Below are positions 1 to 7,682 of a DNA stretch of 64,000 nt, piece after piece; position 1 is the stretch's first letter; the number at the start of each line of letters is the position of its first letter. Below the pieces are notes generated by a model that was given only the letters and a program-made list of their open reading frames with translations, did not search any database and had not been told where the DNA came from. The position numbers and the translations under genes were made by a program. The stretch covers positions 6,047-70,046 of the forward strand of contig JBBRNV010000004.1 in assembly GCA_038230075.1 (NCBI GenBank), written 5' to 3'. The stretch comes from Minisyncoccia bacterium (GTDB taxonomy: Bacteria > Patescibacteriota > Minisyncoccia > Phycocordibacterales > CALRBL01).

Positions 1-2
1 AT

Positions 3-2198
3 CCTCAAGATACTGAAAAATGCATTTACGATATGTGGGAGCAAAGTGGTGTGTTTAACCCTGATGTATGTGAAAAAGAAGGTCTTGTTGATGCAGCAAA
101 AGAACCTTTCTCAATGGTACTTCCCCCTCCAAATGTTACCGGAGTTCTTCATATGGGAAGTTCTCTCATGATTACTATCGAAGATATTATTGCGAGAAAA
201 GCTCGTATGGAAGGAAGAAAAACTCTCTGGATTCCAGGAACTGATCATGCCGCAATTGCCACACAATCTGTTGTTGAAAAGAAATTAGAAAAAGAAGAAG
301 GAAAACGAAAACATGATCTCGGACGAGAAGAATTCTTAAAACGAGTTGAGCAATTCGCTTCAGATAGTCATGACACCATTGTTACTCAAGCGAAAAGCTT
401 AGGTGGGTCTCTTGACTGGAGTCGTGAAGCATTCACGTTAGATGAAAAACGGAATCTCGCAGTTCGAACTGCATTTAAAACAATGCACGACGACGGATTA
501 ATTTATCGAGGATTTCGTGTTGTTAACTGGGATCCAAAAGGACAAACAACTATTTCCGACGATGAAATTGTATATGAAGAACGAGATACCATTCTTTACA
601 CGTTTTATTATGGAAAAGATAAAGATGGAAACAAATTCCCTATTCCAATTTCAACAACACGTCTCGAAACAAAATTTGGAGATCACGCTGTAGCGGTTCA
701 TCCTGATGACGAGCGATATCAAGAATATGTTGGACAAACATTTGATGTTGAATTTTTAGGCGAGCCTATTTCAATTAAAGTTATCGCAGATCATTCTGTT
801 GAAAAAGATTTTGGAACAGGAGCGCTTGGTGTCACACCAGCCCACAGCATGATTGATGCTGAAATTGCACAGCGACACGGTTTGAAAATGACACAGATTA
901 TTGATGAATATGGAAAGTTAATGGTTGGCCCTGAAGGTATCAAAGGAAAGAAAAGTGCTGAAGTACGACCTCTCATTGCAGAAAAATTAAAAGAAGCAGG
1001 CCTTCTGATTTCTGAAGAAAAAACAAAACAAAATATTTCAACAGCTGAACGAACAGGTGGTATCATCGAACCCCTTCCCAAATTGCAATGGTTCATTAAT
1101 GTAAACAAAGAAACAAAACACGGAAAGACATTAAAAGAAATGATGCTTAATGTTATTTCACCCAATGCAGGTGATAAAAAAATAACCTTTGTCCCTGAAC
1201 GATTTGAAAACATCTATTCAAAATGGATCGAAAATCTTAGAGACTGGTGTATCTCACGACAAATCTGGTATGGTCATCAAATTCCTGTATGGTATCGAGG
1301 TAACGAAATTTATTGCAATATTGATGCACCAAAAGATGATGGAAAAGGAGAATGGGTACAAGATTCTGATACCCTCGACACGTGGTTCTCATCTGGCCTT
1401 TGGACTTTCTCAACACTTGGTTGGCCTGATGTGAGTGCACAAGATCTCAAAGAATTTCATCCGACTACCCTTCTTGAAACAGGATCAGACATTATCTTTT
1501 TCTGGGTGGCGCGAATGATTTTAATGACAACGTATCTGCTCGACACCATTCCTTTTAAAACAGTGTACCTACATGGTCTTGTTCGTGACGGACAAGGGAG
1601 AAAAATTAGTAAATCGCTCGGAAACAATATTAATCCAATCGATATGATTACTAAATACGGCACCGACTCAATTCGAATGTCATTTGTTATTGGTACACAG
1701 CCTGGAGCCGACAGTAAGATATCAGAAGAAAAAATTAAGGCATATAAAAACTTTGCCAACAAACTCTGGAACATTACTCGTTTTGTTATAACAAACACCG
1801 AAGATTTCGAAGGAAATGCACACGAACAAACACTTGAAGATGTAGATCAGAGCCTTCTTAAAGAACATCTCGATTTCATTCAAGAAATTGATACTGAAAT
1901 TAATCAATATCATCTTCACTTAGCTGGAGAAAAAGCATATCACTATGTATGGCACACGTTCGCCGATCTTATTCTTGAAGATAGTAAGTTAAAGGTTGCA
2001 GAACCAGGAGCTACTAAAGCTTCTCGACAAGCATTTCTCATTATTGCCCTTTCTAACATTCTAAAGACACTTCATCCTTTTATGCCTTATGTTACCGAAG
2101 AAATTTGGCAATTGCTTCCTCAAAAATTTAAGCAAGAAAAAGGAGATCATCAACTTCTCATGGTTTCAAGATGGCCAGCTATCAACAAGAAAGTCTAA
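3..2198 (+). CDS. valS: Valyl-tRNA synthetase (5' end lies before the window; no C-terminal coiled-coil arm)
   Basis: PPPNVTG-LHMG, PGTDHAAIATQ, DWCISRQIWYGH, LDTWFSS and KISKS motifs; frame is open back to position 3 (PQDTEKCIYDMW). Confidence 0.97.
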   Translation, partial: PQDTEKCIYDMWEQSGVFNPDVCEKEGLVDAAKEPFSMVLPPPNVTGVLHMGSSLMITIEDIIARKARMEGRKTLWIPGTDHAAIATQSVVEKKLEKEEGKRKHDLGREEFLKRVEQFASDSHDTIVTQAKSLGGSLDWSREAFTLDEKRNLAVRTAFKTMHDDGLIYRGFRVVNWDPKGQTTISDDEIVYEERDTILYTFYYGKDKDGNKFPIPISTTRLETKFGDHAVAVHPDDERYQEYVGQTFDVEFLGEPISIKVIADHSVEKDFGTGALGVTPAHSMIDAEIAQRHGLKMTQIIDEYGKLMVGPEGIKGKKSAEVRPLIAEKLKEAGLLISEEKTKQNISTAERTGGIIEPLPKLQWFINVNKETKHGKTLKEMMLNVISPNAGDKKITFVPERFENIYSKWIENLRDWCISRQIWYGHQIPVWYRGNEIYCNIDAPKDDGKGEWVQDSDTLDTWFSSGLWTFSTLGWPDVSAQDLKEFHPTTLLETGSDIIFFWVARMILMTTYLLDTIPFKTVYLHGLVRDGQGRKISKSLGNNINPIDMITKYGTDSIRMSFVIGTQPGADSKISEEKIKAYKNFANKLWNITRFVITNTEDFEGNAHEQTLEDVDQSLLKEHLDFIQEIDTEINQYHLHLAGEKAYHYVWHTFADLILEDSKLKVAEPGATKASRQAFLIIALSNILKTLHPFMPYVTEEIWQLLPQKFKQEKGDHQLLMVSRWPAINKKV

Positions 2199-2244
2199 AA
2201 GTACGAGAATAAAATAGAAAAATACAGTAAAATAGATTCACAGA

Positions 2245-3006
2245 TTGATTCTGTCATACATGTTGTTGTTTAAAGATAATCTCATCTTAAGTCTGGCACT
2301 CGCCTTTGTCTCAGGTTTTATTCCTGCACTTTTTTGGCTTCATTTTTGGTTGAAAGAAGACGATATTCATCCTGAACCTAAAAAATTAATCTTTAGAGCT
2401 TTCATTGCTGGAATTCTTGCAACTATTATTTCTGCACCGCTTGAATTATGGGCACGTCACGCACTAACTCCTGTTCTTTCTGAGTGTGGATACTATTTAA
2501 TTTTTGTATGGGCATTTATTGAAGAAGCCGCAAAACTTATTTGTTGTTTTTGGCTTGTATCACCAAAAAAATATGACGTGATGCCGATTGATCCAGTTAT
2601 TTTCTTAATCACAACCGCCCTTGGTTTTGCTGCGCTTGAAAACACTCTCTACGTTTTTCCTTTCATTTATAGCAACGGGCTCTCAATGGCTTTTGCTACA
2701 GCCAATATTCGATTCATTGGAGCAAGTCTTCTACACGTGCTCGCCTCTTCAACCATTGGTATGGCAATGTCATTTTCATTCTTCAAACGAACCCTTACTC
2801 GTCGAGAAGCATTACTTGGAGGAATCTTTCTTGCCTCACTTTTACACGCATCGTTTAACTTCTTTATTCTTTCAGGAGACACAGATAGTGCGGGATGCTC
2901 AAATGGAGGTGGAGGTGGATCATTCTTCTCAGTCCTTGCTTGTGTGTGGATTGCTATTATTATTCTCATCCTTATTCTCGAACGTATTAAATTGATTAAA
3001 CGATAA
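2245..3006 (+). CDS. prsW: PrsW-family intramembrane glutamic protease
   Basis: Multi-TM protein with HPEP, IEEAAK, GFAALEN, LLH and LLHASFN motifs; real start may be the ATG at 2260. Confidence 0.88.
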   Translation: MILSYMLLFKDNLILSLALAFVSGFIPALFWLHFWLKEDDIHPEPKKLIFRAFIAGILATIISAPLELWARHALTPVLSECGYYLIFVWAFIEEAAKLICCFWLVSPKKYDVMPIDPVIFLITTALGFAALENTLYVFPFIYSNGLSMAFATANIRFIGASLLHVLASSTIGMAMSFSFFKRTLTRREALLGGIFLASLLHASFNFFILSGDTDSAGCSNGGGGGSFFSVLACVWIAIIILILILERIKLIKR

Positions 3007-3040
3007 TAGTGGATTACTGTGTGTTCTAATAAAAAGAATT

Positions 3041-3049
3041 TGATATACT
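3041..3049 (+). promoter_or_regulatory. Extended -10 (TGaTATACT) 6 nt before the Hsp20 ATG; probable leaderless promoter
   Basis: TG at 3041-3042, TATACT at 3044-3049, ATG at 3056, no Shine-Dalgarno. Confidence 0.6.
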
Positions 3050-3055
3050 ACAAGC

Positions 3056-3559
3056 ATGAAAGAAAAAAGATCATTTTTTGAAAGACTAACCGGATCAATC
3101 AGTGTCGACGACTTTGATGCTGAAGAACAAGACATTGAAACGGCTCATATTAAACCAACTGGTGCACAACATGAAAAGTTAGCATCATGGATGAGTGAAG
3201 ATCCTGCTGAAGGACAACTCTCTGTTGATGTATTTCAAACTCCTACCCATATTATTATCAAATCAATGATTGCAGGTGTTCGCCGCGAAGACGTTGATAT
3301 CGCAATTTCTCGAGACATGCTGACAATTAAAGGAAAACGAGAAGAAGAACGTGGTATTCAAGATGGTGACTATTTTCATAAAGAACTCTATTGGGGAACA
3401 TTTTCTCGAACCATTCTTCTTCCTCATGAAATTGAAATTGAAGGGGCTGAAGCTATTGAAAATATGGGAATGCTTACTATTCGACTTCCTAAAGTTGATA
3501 AAGAGAAAAAGGCTAAACTTAAAGTAATGAAGTCTCAAGGTGGTTTTGTTGCAAACTAG
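3056..3559 (+). CDS. Small heat-shock protein, Hsp20/alpha-crystallin family
   Basis: VDVFQT, LTIKGKR, ELYWGTFSRTILLP and GMLTIRLPK motifs. Confidence 0.93.
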   Translation: MKEKRSFFERLTGSISVDDFDAEEQDIETAHIKPTGAQHEKLASWMSEDPAEGQLSVDVFQTPTHIIIKSMIAGVRREDVDIAISRDMLTIKGKREEERGIQDGDYFHKELYWGTFSRTILLPHEIEIEGAEAIENMGMLTIRLPKVDKEKKAKLKVMKSQGGFVAN

Positions 3560-3590
3560 ACAAAGGTTAGAGAATCCAACACCCACAAAC

Positions 3591-3623
3591 ACCGAACCCG
3601 CAAGGTTCGGTCGTTTTGTTTTT
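3591..3623 (+). terminator. Intrinsic terminator between Hsp20 and the convergent tRNA-Phe
   Basis: accgaacc-cgcaa-ggttcggt hairpin followed by a T-rich tract. Confidence 0.7.
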
Positions 3624-3639
3624 ATATTGAGAACCAACT

Positions 3640-3715
3640 TGGTGCCGAGAGGCAGATTTGAACTGCCGACCCCACGCTCTTCAGGCGTATGCTCTACCAA
3701 CTGAGCTATCTCGGC
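3640..3715 (-). tRNA. tRNA-Phe(GAA), CCA encoded
   Basis: Minus strand GCCGAGATAGCTCAGTTGGTAGAGC...CTGAAGA loop...GTTCAAATC...TCGGCACCA folds as a 76-nt cloverleaf. Confidence 0.97.
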
Positions 3716-3732
3716 AAATGAAGAATCAACTA

Positions 3733-4047
3733 TTACTTAAGTGAACTACTTGCCGTGCTGCTTCCAAAATCAGGCAGTAGTTTTTTGAAGAAGTCTGGAA
3801 TACTTTGGACCTTCAGTTCAACGTTATGTTGTGTAGTCTGAAGTGACTGATATGTTTTGAGTGCTTGCTCCAAATATGGCTGAATTGTCTGGTATGACCA
3901 CAAAGCGAGGCCTAGGATCACAATCCAATAGAGAACGTGAATAATGCTCATTATACGCCCATTTCGGCGCATACTTCGAAGCATTCGATTGTTCTCTTCA
4001 GCCAACTCAAGATTCTTTTTTAAAAGCACTCGCACATCAGGGTCCAT
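3733..4047 (-). CDS. Hypothetical single-TM protein
   Basis: 104-aa ORF with LAEENNRMLRSMRR followed by a TM helix; TATATT 6 nt before the ATG. Confidence 0.75.
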   Translation of the reverse strand: MDPDVRVLLKKNLELAEENNRMLRSMRRNGRIMSIIHVLYWIVILGLALWSYQTIQPYLEQALKTYQSLQTTQHNVELKVQSIPDFFKKLLPDFGSSTASSSLK

Positions 4048-4079
4048 ATAGGCAATATAACAGAAAATTACTTATAATT

Positions 4080-4994
4080 CTAGGCCTTCCATCGGGCAAA
4101 GATACCTGAGGGCAAAAGACGCTTTTTTGGTCCAGATTCTCTAATGGTCAGTTCTCCCGCTTCAATACTTCCCCTGTGGTTTTTCTCTAACACCTTCAAG
4201 TTTTCAGCATATGAAAGCGACGAGTATCCAGCTGAGTATCCGTTTAGAATAAAGAAGAGTGGTTGCTGAGGATGCAAAATATCGAAGCAAGAATCGAGAA
4301 GTGAGAGTAGGTCTTTTTCTATCATCCATGTTTCTTTCTTTGCACCATGTCCAAATGAAGGTGGATCCATAATAATACCGTGATACAGTGCTCCTCTTCG
4401 TTTTTCCCGTTCAACAAACTTTCGCGCATCGTCGAGCATCCATCGAATATCTTTGTCGGAAACATTTGAAGCTTTGGTATTTTCTTTTGCCCATTCAATT
4501 GTTCCTTTTGATGCATCAACATGGGTAACATGTGCGCCGGCTTGAAGTGCAGCAACACTCGCAGCTCCTGTATAGCCAAATAAATTGAGCACCATTACTT
4601 CTTTTCTATTTCCCCCATTCTCACCTGTGGCTAATGCTTTTGAAATAATATCTTTTGTCCACTGCCAATTAGAAAATTGTTCAGGAAAAATACCTGTGTG
4701 TTTAAATGAACTTAATTTAACCACCAAATTCATATCGTTTAAAGAAATAATCCACTCAGGTGGAACTTCTTCTTTCTCTTTATTAAAAAACCATCGTCCC
4801 TTTCCTCCCTCTGGCGACTCAAAAGAAGCGTGTGCATTTTTCCACACCGACTCTGGTTGACTCTTTTTCCACAACGCTTGCGGATCGGGTCGTGCAATAA
4901 CAAAAGACCCATATCGCTCGAGCTTCATTTCATCTCCACTGTCGATAAGTTCATAGTCCTTTTGAGGTGCTGTTTCGAGAATTGATAGATTCAT
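4080..4994 (-). CDS. Class I SAM-dependent methyltransferase, RlmI/RlmK(YwbD)-like
   Basis: YELIDSG...KLERYG, FKHTGIFPEQ, VLNLFGYTG, VDAS and DPPSF motifs. Confidence 0.88.
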   Translation of the reverse strand: MNLSILETAPQKDYELIDSGDEMKLERYGSFVIARPDPQALWKKSQPESVWKNAHASFESPEGGKGRWFFNKEKEEVPPEWIISLNDMNLVVKLSSFKHTGIFPEQFSNWQWTKDIISKALATGENGGNRKEVMVLNLFGYTGAASVAALQAGAHVTHVDASKGTIEWAKENTKASNVSDKDIRWMLDDARKFVEREKRRGALYHGIIMDPPSFGHGAKKETWMIEKDLLSLLDSCFDILHPQQPLFFILNGYSAGYSSLSYAENLKVLEKNHRGSIEAGELTIRESGPKKRLLPSGIFARWKA

Positions 4995-5024
4995 AGATAT
5001 TTGGGCTCTATAGAGGTATCATAA

Positions 5025-6188
5025 GTGATAATTGATTATATGCAAAAGGAATACCGTATCGTGACAAAAATAAGACGATCGTGGAGATCGTTGCTCGACT
5101 ATCTTGAGGAACATGAAAAAGTCGTTTCTTTTCTGATTTTCGTCTTAGGATTCATCTATGATCTTGTTACCCTTCGACGAATCGACCAGACATACGACAT
5201 TGCAGTCTTGGCATTTCACTTAACAGTGGTTAGTGTCAGTATTTTGATTATTCACCTTCAAGAACGAAATCGATACAACACAATTCGAGACACTGACGAA
5301 ATGGTTGAGAAAAGAACTGAACAGCAAACTTGGTTCCACTTCTTCATGCAATTTTCTTTCGGAGGATTATTCAGTAGTTATATGATTTTCTATTCTCAAA
5401 GCGCTACTTTTATTGGTAGCTGGCCATTTCTTATTTTCCTTGTCATTTTATTTATTGGAAATGAGTTTCTTCGAAAACATTATGTAGAACTTACCTTTCA
5501 ATTATCGATTCTTTATTTCTGTCTCTTTTCTTACAGTATTTTTACTATTCCTATTATGTTAGGAAAAATTGGAAAAGGAATATTTATCTTAAGTGGAGTT
5601 ATCAGCCTCGCAGTATTTATTTGTTTCTGTCTTATTTTGACACTCACCTCACCAAGAAGAATTCGACGAGCTGCACTTCCGCTAACTTTAAGTGTATTCG
5701 GAATCTACATTTTCTTTAACTCAGCTTATTTTTTAAACATTATTCCACCTGTTCCGCTTTCACTTAAAGAAATCGGTATATATCATACCGTCATGAAAGA
5801 TGGTGATGGAAACTACAATGTTCAAGGTGAAGACAAAACATTTGTTCAAAATTACTTAGGAGGAAAGCAGACTGTTCATGAAGTTGCCGGAGAGCCTATC
5901 TATGTATTTGCGGCAGTATTTGCTCCAACAAACCTAACAACTCACGTCTCGCACCAATGGTCTAAATATGATGAAAAAACAAAAGAATGGGTGAGGGTTT
6001 CGTCTGTGCGATTTGCCATTCTTGGTGGAAGAGATAACGGATACCGAGGATATTCGTTGATACGAAACGCAACTGACGGAGAGTGGCGAGTTGATGTACT
6101 TACTGATGATGGACTATTAATTGGAAGAAAGAGCTTCACCGTTCAATCGGTTGATGCAGAACCGATTTTAATTAGTGAAGTGAAGTAG
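5025..6188 (+). CDS. Multi-TM protein with C-terminal DUF2914-like beta domain
   Basis: About 7-8 TM helices, then VFAP...H.W...GGRDNGYRGYS...GEWRVDV; start may be the ATG at 5040. Confidence 0.75.
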   Translation: MIIDYMQKEYRIVTKIRRSWRSLLDYLEEHEKVVSFLIFVLGFIYDLVTLRRIDQTYDIAVLAFHLTVVSVSILIIHLQERNRYNTIRDTDEMVEKRTEQQTWFHFFMQFSFGGLFSSYMIFYSQSATFIGSWPFLIFLVILFIGNEFLRKHYVELTFQLSILYFCLFSYSIFTIPIMLGKIGKGIFILSGVISLAVFICFCLILTLTSPRRIRRAALPLTLSVFGIYIFFNSAYFLNIIPPVPLSLKEIGIYHTVMKDGDGNYNVQGEDKTFVQNYLGGKQTVHEVAGEPIYVFAAVFAPTNLTTHVSHQWSKYDEKTKEWVRVSSVRFAILGGRDNGYRGYSLIRNATDGEWRVDVLTDDGLLIGRKSFTVQSVDAEPILISEVK

Positions 6189-6713
6189 TTATCGTATCGA
6201 ATAGAAACCCTTATTTTGCCCTCTAAAATTTAACTCAAATCGTTTTGTTTTGACACCTAGTTTATTGGCATATTCTTCCAAAGAATCGAACCAATTTATA
6301 TTAGCTTGTGGAATGACTGGTTCGTCAATAACACAACAAGGTAAAAGCACGAAATCTTTATTCATCTCTGCAGCAACTTCTATAATTTTCATATTTGATC
6401 CATGTGCATGTAAACCTAGAAGCAGATCGAAGTCTTTTGCCATCTCTTTTTCAAATGCTCCATTTATTCTTGGTACAGTAATAGCGTCTGAAATTTTGTT
6501 TCTTTCACCGTTTAAATCTTTATATTTCGTTGGAAGTGTTTGATGGTAAGGATCAATGACCACACTTTTAAAACCATCGTTGTTTAACAAAAGACTAACG
6601 AGGCCTTTTCCTCCGCCAACATCAGCAATTCGACAAGGTTTAAAATGCCCAACAATAAATTCATGGAGTAGTTGAAAACGAAACTTTTTCATTTTTCTTA
6701 GTTCTTTTTTCAT
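6189..6713 (-). CDS. Small SAM-dependent methyltransferase-like protein
   Basis: IADVGGGKG (motif I), VIDP, LLGLHAHG and LLPCC motifs. Confidence 0.65.
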   Translation of the reverse strand: MKKELRKMKKFRFQLLHEFIVGHFKPCRIADVGGGKGLVSLLLNNDGFKSVVIDPYHQTLPTKYKDLNGERNKISDAITVPRINGAFEKEMAKDFDLLLGLHAHGSNMKIIEVAAEMNKDFVLLPCCVIDEPVIPQANINWFDSLEEYANKLGVKTKRFELNFRGQNKGFYSIR

Positions 6714-6806
6714 AGATTAATTAGAGAATCGGTCCTTACAAGACCAGTACACCTTTTGGATTCCAGCACAAAGGCGCTTTCTCTTAAGCCATTCGCTGCG
6801 CTCGTG

Positions 6807-6878
6807 TGCTCTCGGCAGGAATCGAACCTACAATTACCCCTTAGGACGGGGCAGTTATATCCATTTAACTACGAGAGC
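6807..6878 (-). tRNA. tRNA-Arg(CCT), CCA not encoded
   Basis: Minus strand GCTCTCGTAGTTAAATGGATATAAC-T-GCCCC-GTCCTAA-GGGGT...GTAGGTTCGATTCCTGC-CGAGAGC-A cloverleaf. Confidence 0.93.
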
Positions 6879-6954
6879 AAAAAAGTCTTGATACTCAAGA
6901 CTTCTTTACAGTACTAAACTATGAAAATGTAGCAACTTTTTAGTCAGTAAGTGA

Positions 6955-7212
6955 CTAAGCAGCAACTCCCAAAAGATGTGCCACCTGAGCTTTATCGAAT
7001 CCAACTAATATGTCGTTTTCAATTCGAATCACTGGCACTCCGAGCTGTCCTGAGATATCAATCATTTCTGCTCGCTTGTCGGCGTCGGCAGCCACATCGA
7101 ATTCTTTATAAGTTATTCCTTTTTCATCAAAGAATGCTTTTGCAAGCTTGCAGTATGTGCAAGTTGGTGTGCTATAAATTGAAACTTCTTTCTGTGTTGT
7201 TGGTTGATCCAT
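6955..7212 (-). CDS. Glutaredoxin/NrdH-like redoxin
   Basis: IYSTPTCTYC active site, SGQLGVPV cis-Pro loop, VGFD. Confidence 0.92.
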   Translation of the reverse strand: MDQPTTQKEVSIYSTPTCTYCKLAKAFFDEKGITYKEFDVAADADKRAEMIDISGQLGVPVIRIENDILVGFDKAQVAHLLGVAA

Positions 7213-7255
7213 GTGTGTAGATTATGTAAATAATGGAGAGAGTATATCATCACTT

Positions 7256-7645
7256 CTAATTACCGCCAAAAACTGACCTAATTTTGTCATATGCATTTTC
7301 AAAAAATCCTTTTGATGAGGTGCTAGTTTGATCAGAATCATTCACGTCGGTGATAATAAGCACCTTTTCCCCTTCTTTTGAGACCTGAAAACGACTTCTA
7401 ATCTCTTCTTCAACTCCTTCAGGACTTTTTATTCGCTCAAGTTGAGCAGATAAGACAGTTTTTCGATTCTGCATATCATCAATTTCGTGTTGCACACGAG
7501 CAAGTGTATTTGCGCTCTCAATTTTCTTTTGATAAACATTCCAAGCACCTTGCGCCACCAAAATAACGAGACCCAGAATACCCAACCACACAAAAGGAGA
7601 GACACTTTTCCTGAGAGGTTTTTTAGAAGGAAGTGGTTGCTGCAT
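7256..7645 (-). CDS. Septum formation initiator (FtsB/DivIC family)
   Basis: N-terminal TM, coiled coil, then EGVEEEIRSRFQVSKEGEKV (DivIC-type C-terminus). Confidence 0.78.
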   Translation of the reverse strand: MQQPLPSKKPLRKSVSPFVWLGILGLVILVAQGAWNVYQKKIESANTLARVQHEIDDMQNRKTVLSAQLERIKSPEGVEEEIRSRFQVSKEGEKVLIITDVNDSDQTSTSSKGFFENAYDKIRSVFGGN

Positions 7646-7682
7646 ATAAGCAGTATACTACAGCCCTTTTGGAGCGGAAATG

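Noticed and set aside
3263-3700. 145-aa minus-strand ORF
   Set aside because: Overlaps tRNA-Phe and is antisense to Hsp20; shadow frame.
6790-6806. cgagcgcagcgaa (minus strand) right after tRNA-Arg, resembling a REP-like motif or att remnant
   Set aside because: I found only one copy and no duplicated tRNA 3' end in the window.
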